DNA of 64,000 bases, taken from the NCBI GenBank assembly GCA_039096225.1, contig JBBPEB010000018.1:124001-188000 (forward strand), given 5' to 3'. The translations under genes and the position numbers were made by a program. The notes under the pieces were generated by a model, which worked only from the letters and a program-made list of their open reading frames with translations, was not told the DNA's origin and did no database searches. Shown piece after piece: positions 16,077 to 28,460 of this stretch; within the stretch, counting starts at the first letter, position 1; the number at the start of each line of letters is the position of its first letter. The DNA is from Blastocystis sp. Blastoise (Eukaryota > Protista > Bigyra: Opalinata).

Positions 16077-19000
16077 TTAAATTCTTACTTTCTTTTCAGA
16101 TGCTTTAGTAGGAGTAGTAGTCTTTCCCTTAGCACCTAATTTATTATGATTACCCTTCTTAGAACCTTTTCTTCTATTAAGAACAATAAAGATAACAACA
16201 CCAACGAAAGCAATAATAATAATACTGGCAATAACGATAAGAACAATAACCCAAACGCTCATTTCACCACTGTTAATAGCACTAAGAGTAACTGTAGCAG
16301 TAGCAGATCCTTTAGTATTAGTAGTAGTAACAGTATAATCAGTCATATTAAAAGCTAATCTAGGTTTACCAGAAATAACACCATTCTTACTATTAATAGA
16401 TAAACCTTCAGGAAGCGCGGGATTAATAGTAATGGTAGCTTCAGCAGCTCTGACAACAGGAGCAGGAGAAGAAGAAGCTTTATTAGTATAGAAGACATAA
16501 GCCTTAGCATTATATTGAATAGCTTTAGGAGCATCTAAAACACATTTATTTTGTTCAGCACCAAAGACACCATTACTACAAAGTCTATAGAAACCACCAG
16601 AATAATAACTATCACAAGCTCTATAACCTTCTTGATTAGTAAGTGTATATCCATATTGACCTTCAGGTTTACAGAAACCTTCAATCTTCTTTGTACCTAA
16701 AACAATTTCTGATAATTCATATCCATTAGAACAGGCAGGATTAAACATAGTAACACGATATTTATTATAAGCCATATCATTATAGAAATCAAAAGTCTTA
16801 GTACCAGCAGCAGTATTATGAGCACCCCAAACTAAATTATTTTGAACATTTAATGTAGTCCAAGTTTCACCATCATTAGAACCAGATAAAGTAGCTAAAG
16901 TAACTAAACGATTAGCATTATTACCACGAGAAATAGTCCAAGAATTAATATATTCTTTACGGTTATTATTATAATTCCATTGAAGATAAGTACTATTACC
17001 ACAAACTTGAGAATTATATTTAGTAGAAACAGAACCATCAAAAGCTTTTTGTTCAGTTTCATCATAAGCATCACTCTTTAAACCAGCATAATTTGTAGTT
17101 ACAATACCATCAACAATACGATTACCAGAAGCCATTTGGAAAATTAAATAAGAATCAAAAGAAGCATCAACACTACCTTCTTCAGTCTTATGAATTTCAA
17201 CAGCAAGAACATTTTGACCAACAATAATACCAGAGAATTGAACACTATCAGAAGTAAGTAAACGAAGAGAATCAGATAAAGGATTAATAGCATAAGAAGT
17301 AGAAGTAAAAGTATGAGGAAGATTATAAGTATAAATAAGTTTTCCATTAAGATAAGCAGCAATACCAGCATTAGTCTTAAGCATAAGTTCATAGAAAGCA
17401 AATTTAGATATATCATCAACATTAAATACAGATCTATAATATTGAGTAGTACCACTTAATCCAGAGAAAGAACCAGGAAGACTAGTAGACCAAGTAGCAT
17501 CAGAGAAAGTAACTACATTCCAAGCATTAGAAGTTTGAGGAACAGAAGTATATTTCCATTGAGTTTTTTGTTCAGTAATAAGATAATGTAAATTAATATA
17601 AACAGATTTAGGAGCTTCACCATAATTACAAGTAGCAGTAAGAATAGTTTTACCATCAGCATCTTTTACAGTAACTTTACCTTCACCCCAACCATCATTA
17701 GGGCCATCCTTTAAGATTAATTCAAAGACTCCAGAAGGTTGACAATAAGAAGCATACCATTGAGTAAGAGCACCAGGGAATTGAGCATATTGATCAATAG
17801 TAGTACCAGCATTATTCTTAATTTCAAAACCATTTTGAGTAGCAGTAGAAGCCATATCACTAAATGTTAAAGAGAATAATACATTAGGAACAGTACATTG
17901 TTGAATATTAATACTAAGAGAAACAGTAGAAGAAGAACCAGAAGGACCCATAGCAGTAATAGTATAAGTACCACTAGCAGGAGAATTAGGAGTACCATAA
18001 ATATTACCAGAACCGGTATTAATATATAAACCAGCAGGAAGTGCAGGAGAAATAGTAAAATCAAAATAATATTCAGAAGTAGGAGCAACAGAAGTAAATT
18101 GAGCACCAACATAGCCAGTATAAGAATTAGAAGGATAAGCAAGAGGAGAAATAACAAGTTTATTGAAATCAAGAGCATATAATTCTAATTGGCCAATAAC
18201 AAAACGATCATTATCAGGATTAGGAACAGATAATTCAGTGACTTCAATTCTATAAGTTCTCCAAGCTTTAGTTTGAGTAGGCATATAGAAACATAAAGGT
18301 TGAGATCTATAATTGAAGACAGCATTATTGACAGTAGATAAATCAGTGAAAGTAATAGCATCATCAGAACCTTGTAATTTCCAAGATTTAGGATCATATT
18401 GAGGACCATCGTAACCAGAAACAACACAATATTTATTAACCATTTCAGCTCTCCATTCCCAATAAGAACCTTGACCATAACGAGGAGCAGGATATTCAGA
18501 ATTAAAATAAGCAACAAAAGAAGTAGAATATTTACCATCAAATAAAGAAGCAGCTGTAGTACTATCACCCCAAACAGTAGAAGATTGAGCAGCAGTCATT
18601 CTCCAAGAATGAGAAATCTTATTAGTATCAGATAAGATACGTAAAGTATTATCATAATCAGCATCATGAACTTGATAACCTAATTTATGAACAACAACAA
18701 CAGAGAAAACATGAGTACCAGCAGGTAATTGACTTATAGGTCCAGTAACAGATCTCCACCAAGCATCTTCAGTAATACCTCTACCAGAAGTAGCACGAGT
18801 AGCAGGAGTAACTTCACCTTCAGGAACATTAGCAGTATAAAGAAGTTGACCATCAAGATAAATAACAGCACCAGCACGAACTCTAAATCTATATTCAAAT
18901 ATTTGAGCTTGAGCAGAAATATCAGAAGGAAGAACAGTATATGTTTGTCTAAACCACCAAGTAGGTTGAGTAGCAGAAGGAGGGGTTAAATAATTATAAT

Positions 19001-21431
19001 CAGTCCATCCAGCTTCACTAGTCATAACTTGATTCTTCCAAGAAGGATCAGGTTGTACACCAATAATAGATTTAATAGAAGCAGCAGTAATATAAGATAA
19101 ATTAACATAGAAATCATCTTGGAATTTATTTCTAAGAATAATTCTAGTAATAGGATATGTAAATGTTCTATAATATAAAGTAACAGTAAGAGTAGAAGAA
19201 GTAGACCAACCTTCAGAATATTGAGCAATAGCTACAAATTTATATTGACCTCTAGGTAAACAATGTTTAGTAGTTTGAGTAATACCAGAAGTAGAATCAG
19301 AAGTAATACCAGTTTCTTCATAAACAAGTGTACCAATAGCATTATAAAGTTGCCATTTTTCTTCACCACCAGAGCCAGCTCTAGCAGTATATTTACTAGT
19401 ATCTACACGAATAGAAGTTTCAGGACAAGGATTAGTAGCAATAGTAATAGTAGTAGTACTTTGTTGTTGAGTAGGAGCATAAGTAGCAGTAATAGTATAC
19501 GTTACAGTACCAGAAGTAGTAGGAATACCATTAATTCTACCTGTATTAGCATTGAAATTAACACCAGTAGGAAGAGCAGGAGTAATAGTAAAAGTATTAT
19601 AACCAGTAGTTCTAGGGAATAAGTTAATAGTATCCATATTAGTTACATAAGTATAAGAGGAAGCAGAATAAGTAAGATCAGAAGGAATAATAGGAGTATT
19701 ACAAAGGAAGAATTCAACTTCTGAAATTTCACCTTCTAACTTATTATAGACAGCAACTATATACAATATAATGATTATTAATAGTTTAAATATATATATA
19801 TATATATATAACAATAATAATAATAAATAAATAAAAACATACGAACATTAAATTTAATCATATTATAAGCAATATTATTATTAGGTAATTCAACTTCATA
19901 AGGAGTACGTCTATCAAGGAAATATACATTTTGTTTAGCATCTAATAAAGTCCAAGAAATACCATCATTAGAACCTAATAATTCCCAGTTTTTAGGATCA
20001 CGATCACGACCCCAAGAAGAACAACGAACAACATATTTTCTTACTAATTCACGACGACCATCATTGAAGATATAAGTATTATAAGCAGGAACAGTCTTGA
20101 AATACCAAGCAGTTTGTAAATCATGATCCCATAATTTATCCATCTTTTGAGAAGCCCAATCATTTGCATGATTTGATTCCATAGTACCACTATGAGCACG
20201 ATAATTACAAGCTATATATATATATATATTGATAGATATAAAAAGAATTTATATAAAATTATAATAATATATTAATGAATACAATAAACACTAATATATA
20301 TAAAATTATAATAATATATTAATGAATACAATAAACACAAATATATATATATATATACCACCAGCAAAAGGAATTAAGAAACCTTTGAATTGTTCAGTTT
20401 CAGCATTAACACCTAAGGAGTGGATTTCAACAGCAATAGTAACAGAAGCACTAACATAAGTACTTAAAGTAGAACCAGTAATTCTATAAAAAAATAAATA
20501 TATAGAAATAAATAAGATAAAATTATTTGTATACTAATAGAATTAAAAATAGAATATACCTTCTAAAAGCATAATCAGTATCTTGAGCAGTAGCAACAGT
20601 AGTAGCAGAAATAGTACCTTGAGGTAAATTTCTTCTATAGACTTCTTGACCATTAACATAAATAACAACACCTTCTTTAGCATAAGCACCAACTTCAAAA
20701 CCAGCTAAATCAGTAATAGGACTAGGAAGATTTCCAGAAGCTCTGAAATAACGAGTTGTACTAGTAGGAGCAGGGAATGTACCAGGAGCATAAGAAGTCC
20801 ATGTAGTATCAGCAAAATTAGCTTGAGTCCAAGAATTACCAGATTGAGCTTGATTAGAATACTTCCAAGCAGAAGTAGAAGAAATGGAATAATAAGCTAT
20901 AAAGATAATATTAAATTAGAATAATGAAAATTTTACAAAAAAAAATGACAATCAAATAAATATATATATACGATAAAAAGTCCATTCTTGACGAGAATAT
21001 CTATCAAGAGTACCAACACAAATAACAATACCTCCTTGAGTCTTAATTTCAAAAATAGAACCATTAGCCCAACCATCATTATTACTATAGAGATAATATA
21101 AGTATAAAATGAAGAGAATCAAAGATATATATGTATACCCATCGGTAGCAGCGAATGTATGAATTCTAGGATAAAGACACATTTCATAAGTGACTACAGT
21201 ATTATCCTTTCCAGCACCATTAGCAGAAAAGACTTTGATACCAGTAGCACTGGTTCCATCCCAGACTTCAATACCTTCTTGAGAAGCATAACCTTGGTGG
21301 GTACGAGTAATAAGGATTTTGACTTGAGGACTACTACACTCAAGAGACTGGGCCAAGCCTATAGGATAGAGTCATAATATGATCATATACATACAAATCA
21401 AAGCCAGAAAAAGTGTAAATGAAAATTTCAT
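16077..21431 (-). CDS. ~1626-aa type-I membrane surface protein with putative-Ig (He_PIG-like) and discoidin/F5-8-like beta-sandwich domains
   Basis: Signal peptide MKFSFTLFLALICLA and 7 exons joined by canonical introns in frame. Three ITPALPxGxxxNxxxGxIxGxP Ig motifs, WELLGSND/WKLQGSDD/LSGSND motifs, C-terminal TM helix and Lys-rich tail. Confidence 0.85.
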
Positions 21432-22236
21432 TTTCTGTTACAAATAAATAAAATATAACATACAAAAAATCACATAGATCTCATTAAGAAATGCAATGCG
21501 TGGATCTTTCTTGTAAGTCAAAAAAGTGATCAGGAATCATAATAAAATCCATAATAATTATGTTAAATGACTGTACGTATATGTAAACGAATGGTTGACG
21601 AAAAGGGGCAATACTGTTGGTTTCTTCTTTAAAACGGATGAAATTCTGAATGGTATTGGTGAATAAAACAGACGAACCAATAATCACTAGAAAACCCTTG
21701 GCGTTTCTTATTGGCAGACTCACAACGAATAAAACGTTGCCATATTATCGTGGGTAACATTCGGTAAATTCAAGACTCATTTTTGATTCCAATAAAACGG
21801 CAATGACGTCAAAATCCTAAGTTAAAAAAGTGAGGTAAAAGATATAAAAATGCTCATTTTTTTGTTGACGATTATTTTTCAATTTGAAATTGTATTATAA
21901 TGGAACAGAATAAATAGTATATAGTGTAGGGGCTAACAAAACAGTGAGCTAATCAACTTTTTAAAGCAAAATATAAACAAGAATTAATTTTCAAATTTAA
22001 AAATGAATAGCTATATACAAATGAAATTATGTTTTTATGATAAAGAAATGTATCATGATAATTACAAACAATTATTTATTCAAATCAATTCATGTCAAAA
22101 TTGTTCATTTCAATTTATGGTCATAATTGAATATAAATGCATCAAAACAAAACAACTTTTTAGAGAATATAAGCATAAAATACGCTAACCAAAAAGAAAC
22201 AGATTTTAAAATAATAAAAAAAAAGATAGATACTAT

Positions 22237-23743
22237 TTAAAAGCAAACATTAGAAAAATCGATATTAGCATTCATAGCACAAACGTTATGAATGATATTC
22301 ATATGTTCAAGTTTAAGAGGAGTAGTGAAACCACATTTAGAAAGAAGAGTTTCAATAACAGTAGCAGCACAAGAACGATCATAACTGTTAGCCTTCATAG
22401 TACGAAGTTTATCAGCCTTAACATCATCTTGAGTAGCAGCACGAGCTAATCTCATAACAGTAACTTCTCTCTTAGCTTCAATAATAGCAAGTTCTTCTAA
22501 TTCCTTCATAGCATCAGCAAGATGTTCCTTATCAGCACGAATAGCCTTCCAAGTAGCAATACGACGAGGTACTTCACTATATTGAACAATATTCTTTACA
22601 GGAGATCCTATAGAAATGTGTGTTTAATTATAGTGTTATTTATTATATTGTTTATTTATAATAACAATATATATATAAATACCAAAAAAAATATTAAAAA
22701 ATAAATATTAAAAACAATAATATATACTTCCATTAGCTCTAGAAATAACCTTTTCACCAACAAATCTATTAATAGGATAATTAGCAAATTGTTCAACAGC
22801 ACCAAATTCAGAGACATTTTGATCAGAACCTTCAGCAATAACAACTTTATTTGTATATTCAAAGATCTCCTTAATAGTAATATTACCACCATTAGATTGT
22901 TCGATAGCTTCCATAAAAGCATTATCATAAAGACCAGCTAAACAAGTATCTAAAGCTTTTCCATTAACAACATCTTCAGGAGGACAGTTAGACATCCAAG
23001 CGTTGTGATCAGCATCAGCAGAAGATAAAACATACATATTAATATCAGTAGGTAATTTACCCCACATAGAACCAGAGTGGCAAGCTTCCATATAGAAAAC
23101 TAATTCCTTATACATCTTATTATCATACATATATTGGAAAGCTTCTACTAATTCAGCAGCATGAAGATAATCGTGACCAACAACAACAATATCATCATTA
23201 CCGTGATCAATAAAGTAAATGAAAATAGTATCGCTTTCAGTAGTCTTAAATACTCTAGGGTTCTCAATACCAGTTTCAGCAGTAACAGTAGCAGCATCTC
23301 CCTTAAGAACAGATAAAAGAACCTTTTTGCTAATAGCCTTATCGGTGTAATCAATCTTTCCATCACATTGAGGCCAGTAATCCTTACCTTCACCTTCAGA
23401 AGGATCAGTGAAAATCTTACCAGGGAAAGGATTATATTTAGAAGTAACATCAGTAGTGTAACTCATGTAAATAATGTTTTCAGCAGGAATACCAGATTTA
23501 ATAAGTAAATACATAATAAAAAAATACAATTAGATAAGATATTATCAAAATATTTATAAATCAATATATAAACAATATATAAATAAAGGTAATCTATATA
23601 TATATATATACATTGTAAGCACGACAAGGATCAGAAGTAATAGAGTAATTGCTCCAACCATCAGCAGTACCCATAACCATAGCATACTTGTCAGCTAAGA
23701 CAGTAGCAACCAAAAAGCCAAGAAGAACTAAAATAGATTTCAT
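22237..23743 (-). CDS. LGMN: Legumain / peptidase family C13 (signal peptide, 3 exons)
   Basis: IFIYFIDHG (catalytic His), FYMEACHSGS (catalytic Cys), NPFPGKIF, TCLAGLY and C-terminal prodomain. Confidence 0.92.
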
Positions 23744-24169
23744 TTTAATTTCAAAAACAATAAAATAGAAAAAATATGAAAGATAAACTCGATATAAAAT
23801 GTGAAAATGTCTTCTTATATTGTTTCTCTAAAAAAACGTTGTCATCGATGACGCTTTGTGTAAACCAATGACAAAGAAAACCAATCGAGAATCACAAATT
23901 TTATCTAACAAATGGGGAAGAAGAAACCTCTTTTTTGAGGTATATAAACAAAAATGAATGGCTAGACTGAGGAAATGTAGGAGATACAATCAGTGCCAAA
24001 ACCTGACAACCTCGGTTTTTTTTTTAAACTGGCGAGTTTTTCTTTGTTTTTTTTTTATTAAGTCATTTGTCATCAAAGGTTGTATTGACTATTAAAACAG
24101 GGAAACAAAACAAATAAGCGTCATGGAAAAAAATTTAAAAAACCATTTTTTTGAATTGAAACACAAATA

Positions 24170-25183
24170 TTAATATCTTGTAAATCCACCATTATTGGCT
24201 ATTACTGCCTCAATTCTTTTCGGCATTGATAAAACAAGCCTTTCACATACATTTACAGGTATTGACCTCCATATCTTGTCAACTTCGACCTTTAGTTGAC
24301 TCAAAGTATATCCGCAATGGGAATTTCTTTGTAATCTTCTTTTAATATAGACCCAAAGATGTTCAATGGGATTAAGGTCTGGGGACTGTGGAGGCCAATC
24401 AATCACTGTAAGTTGAGCAGTTTTAAAGAAACTATTCATCTTTTTTGACTTGTGAATAGGAGCATTATCCTGTTGGAATACCATAGTTTTGGGGTCAATT
24501 TGCAATTTTTCCACGGTTGACGGAAGAGTTCGACCAAGAGTTTCTCCATACTTTAATGATGTCACATGACCATCAAGGACCTCCATTTGACCAGCACCAT
24601 GTTGCGTCATACATCCCCAAATCATAATCGATTTTCCATCGTTTTTCATGGTTGGAATGATTTCTGACGGCTTATTTGGAGAACCAGGTTTCTTCCAATA
24701 GTATTCTTGAAAGGTTGATTGATGTGTTCTAATAGAACACTCGTCAGACCAGAGGACGTTTTCCCAGAAACTTATTGGCATATTTCGGTATTTTAAACAC
24801 CAATCCAATCGGACTTTTCTATTTTTCTCCGATATGAGTGGTTTATGAAGCTTCTTTTTGGCGACGTAACCAACAGCATGGAGTCCTCTAATAAAGGACC
24901 TTTTTGAGACATGAGTACCGGTTTTCTTTTGGAAGATATCCAATAAAACGCTAGAGTTCTCAGAGCTTTTTGGGACAATATTATTGATTTCTCGTAAATT
25001 AGAAGGAGTTAAAACTTGTGGTCTTCCACCTTTCTTAGTTGACTTGGACATATTGTATTGGGACCTTCTACGGGCAACAGTTCTAAGCGAACAATGAAAA
25101 TGAATGGCAATCTGTTCATCCGTGTACCCGTCTCTTATCATCTTTCTAAACTCTCTTTCAGTTATAACGACGTATTTACCCAT
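24170..25183 (-). CDS. Tc1 transposase, DD34E
   Basis: Intronless ORF with HTH region, GRP linker, WSDE, QQDNAP and WPPQSPDLNPIE (34 residues between D and E). First ATG at 25183. Confidence 0.97.
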   Translation of the reverse strand: MGKYVVITEREFRKMIRDGYTDEQIAIHFHCSLRTVARRRSQYNMSKSTKKGGRPQVLTPSNLREINNIVPKSSENSSVLLDIFQKKTGTHVSKRSFIRGLHAVGYVAKKKLHKPLISEKNRKVRLDWCLKYRNMPISFWENVLWSDECSIRTHQSTFQEYYWKKPGSPNKPSEIIPTMKNDGKSIMIWGCMTQHGAGQMEVLDGHVTSLKYGETLGRTLPSTVEKLQIDPKTMVFQQDNAPIHKSKKMNSFFKTAQLTVIDWPPQSPDLNPIEHLWVYIKRRLQRNSHCGYTLSQLKVEVDKIWRSIPVNVCERLVLSMPKRIEAVIANNGGFTRY

Positions 25184-25291
25184 ACACAACTTATTTTTAA
25201 AGAATAAAACTATTTTTAAAGGGTTAAAAAAGGTCTCAGAGTAATTGTGTTCCAATTAAAATTTCTGTTTTTCCAAAACCACTAATTATAT

Positions 25292-25311
25292 ATTCTAGAA
25301 ATTTCTAGAAT
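25292..25311. promoter_or_regulatory. Perfect 4-pentamer heat-shock element (aTTCt aGAAa tTTCt aGAAt) within a 28-bp palindrome
   Basis: Exact match to nTTCnnGAAnnTTCnnGAAn, ~110 bp upstream of the transposase ATG. Confidence 0.6.
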
Positions 25312-26939
25312 ATATTCTACATGTTATTACAATTCAAACAAAAAAAACCGCGTCAAAAAATTCCCCGTAACTATTGAAAACGATAAGGGTTGTCAGGTTT
25401 TGGCACTGATTGTATGTATTTGTGTCTATAGTTGCGTCATTTCTTTTGAAGAGAATTCTTACTTTTTTGTTAATCTTCTCATAAAACGATTTGATTTCTA
25501 TTATATCTCAAAGATAAATTACTTTCTTAGTCACAAAAAGAGAAAATGACAAATCCAATCAACACAACCGATTCAAGAATCCTATTTATGACACCTTTCT
25601 CAACACAATCTAAAACTACGTCTGTCAATTTCTTTTTATCAATCTTGATTTTTTTATACAAGTCATGAAAATGTTTGTTTTATATATATCAAAAATAAAT
25701 CAGTATTCTCCTTTGAAGAGTTTACTATTTTTTAAAATCACAAATTATTTTCATTGTATATATTCACTTTTAAAACTAAGAAAAGAATATTATGATTTAA
25801 TAAGAGACAAAGAGTTGTATATAGACGTTAAAATAAAAACTATGTGTTTCAAAGTAATTTTAATGAAAACGATAAATAAAAAATTTCTTTTTAAGTATAC
25901 AAACTTTTGATTATTTTTACAAGAATCTTAATGATTTTTTCTATTTTTTGAAATTAATAATTTTCTTAAAATGCATAAAAAATGTTTTTTATGTTATACT
26001 AGACATATATATACTATTTTATATAAATCAGACTGGAAATAAAAGTAATGAAGATTTCTTGTTTGTTGATTGTTCTAAAAATTGCATTATGTTATGAGCT
26101 AATTATTTAAATAATAATTTCAGAATTATGTATAGTATACAACATAAAGAAAATGATGATAATCATTCAAATTGAATTCAATCATATTATTCTGAATGAC
26201 ATTTAAGGCTTTCTTAATATCAAGAATATTGGTTGTATATTTTAAAACAATTAACACATGAAAGAGTGAAACAAAAATTATTATTTTACTTTGATAATCT
26301 TTTCTCTCATTTATATGTGGCTTTATAATATCTTCTATGTTGTAGGAAGAACATTAAAAACATGTTTACATAAAAATAAGGATATATTAAATTTTTTTTA
26401 TAAATTGTCATTATGAAACTGAAGGAATTTAACTATCTACTAACTCATACTCTATTAGTGAAACAAATGTTAAGCTTAGAAATTAATAAAACTATATATG
26501 TCATTGACATAAACACAAGAGAGTTTTAACAATATATAAATGAGTCATTTCAACGAATTCAACAATCAATTAGTACACATTAAACGTCAGTAATTCTAAG
26601 AAGAATTATAAAGTACATAGGGATGAATCATTATTGAGATTCGAGTTGTCATCCTAAGATAAAATAGTGAATTGTGATTTTGAGACTAGAGTAACAAGAG
26701 AAGGCGAGTTTCGTTCTTTCAATAATTGATCGTTAATTGGTTAATTTTCGAGTAGTGTCCAATAACTATTATGACATATTCAATACGAGATCCTTATCCT
26801 TTCAAGGATTGGCTTATATCTTATGAAGAATAGTGTTATCATAATGACGGATATAAAAATACTATCTACTTTGATTGTTTTATTTTTTTCAATTACTCAA
26901 ATATTATTTGATTAATATTGTTTTATTTATCATAGAAAA

Positions 26940-28460
26940 ATGAGATTCTTCGTTTTTGCTCTTTTTGCTTTTGTTGCTTTAGCTACAAACTACGATCAAA
27001 TTATTGAAACTGTCAATAATGCTCATTCTACCTGGAAAGCTGGTAGAGTTGAAAATGTTGAAAAGTTAACTAAACTCCTTGGTGTTGTTCAAGGAGAAGG
27101 TAGTCCCAAAAAAATTTCTTACAGTCACTTAAATGCTAATATTCCTGAATCTTTTGATCCTAGAGAACAATGGCATATATTCGTAATATTCGTTTGCTAT
27201 TTTTTAACTTGATTGAATTTTATTTTATTTTATTTAATTTAATTTAATTTAATTTAATTTAATTTAATTTAATTTAATTTAATTTTATTATATTTTATTA
27301 TATTTTATTATATTTTATTTTATTTATATAGGCCTGAATGTCCTTCTTTAAAGGAAGTCAGAGATCAATCTGTTTGGTATGTTTAATAAACTCTATTATT
27401 ATATATATATAATTTCATAAATAGTTTGTGGTTCTTGTTGGGCTTTTGGTGCTGCTGAAGCTGCTACTGATCGGTATATAGTTATCTATTTCAATTATTT
27501 TATTCATATTTAGATCGTTTATGTATTGCTTCTAAGGGTAAGATTCAAGATAGACTTTCTTCCGAAGATCTTTTATCTTGCTGTAGCTCTTGTGGTTTTG
27601 GTTGTGAAGGTGGTTTCCCTTATGCTGCTTGGAATTGGTTCAACAAAACTGTATATATATATATATATATTGATTACATAATATTATATAACATTTAACT
27701 ATATGTTTATATATTATTTTATATATACAAAACTGGTGTTACTACTGGAGGTGAATATGGTACTACCAACTGGTGTAATGCTTATGCCTTCGCTAAGTGT
27801 GATCATCATTGTACTGGTAAATATGAACCTTGCGGAGAGTATATATATATATTATATTATTATTAGTCCTTATCAATTAGTTGTTATTATATAATAGTTT
27901 TACATACTATTTATAACAAAAAAAACTATAATTCTATATATAGAACTCAAGATACTCCTGCTTGTGTTCAAGAATGTCAAGAAGGTTATCCTATTGAATA
28001 TAAGAAAGATAAACATTTCTTCCAAGCTCCTTATCAACCTTCTTCCGTTGAAGATATTCAAATTGATTTAATGACTAATGGACCTCAAGAAGTTGCTTTT
28101 ACTGTTTATGAAGATTTCATGACTTATAAGACTGGTGTTTATCAACATCTTACTGGTTCCAGATTAGGTGGTCATGCTGTTAAGTTACATATTATATTTT
28201 TAGTATTCTTATTTATAACACTCCTTTTGTTTCATATATATATATATATATATTAATTCTATAATGATATTTATATTATTTATATAATAATAATATATTT
28301 ATAGTTACTTGGTTGGGGAGTTGAGAATGATACTCCTTATTGGTTAATTGCTAATAGTTGGAATGAAGATTGGGGTAATGAAGGTTATTTCAAGATCCTT
28401 AGAGGAAGTAATGAATGTGGTATTGAAGGACAAAATATTGCTGCTCTTCCTAGTCTTTAA
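26940..28460 (+). CDS. CTSB: Cathepsin B-like cysteine protease (C1A), 7 exons
   Basis: Signal peptide, [26 protein letters not shown], occluding loop CDHHC, GGHAVKLLGWG and [12 protein letters not shown]. Confidence 0.97.

Larger units (their letters stand above)
23987..25412 (-). mobile_element. Intact Tc1/mariner DNA transposon (1426 bp, 25-bp perfect TIRs, TA target-site duplication)
   Basis: TIR CAATCAGTGCCAAAACCTGACAACC at 23987-24011 and its reverse complement at 25388-25412. TA at 23985-86 and 25413-14. Confidence 0.97.

Noticed and set aside
16146-19622. Overlapping antisense and alternative-frame ORFs within the surface-protein exon
   Set aside because: By-product of extreme T/A third-position codon bias; no protein-like features.
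26153-26195. Possible C/D box snoRNA (ATGATGA...CTGA)
   Set aside because: Too short, with no terminal stem or recognisable guide; expected by chance in AT-rich DNA.
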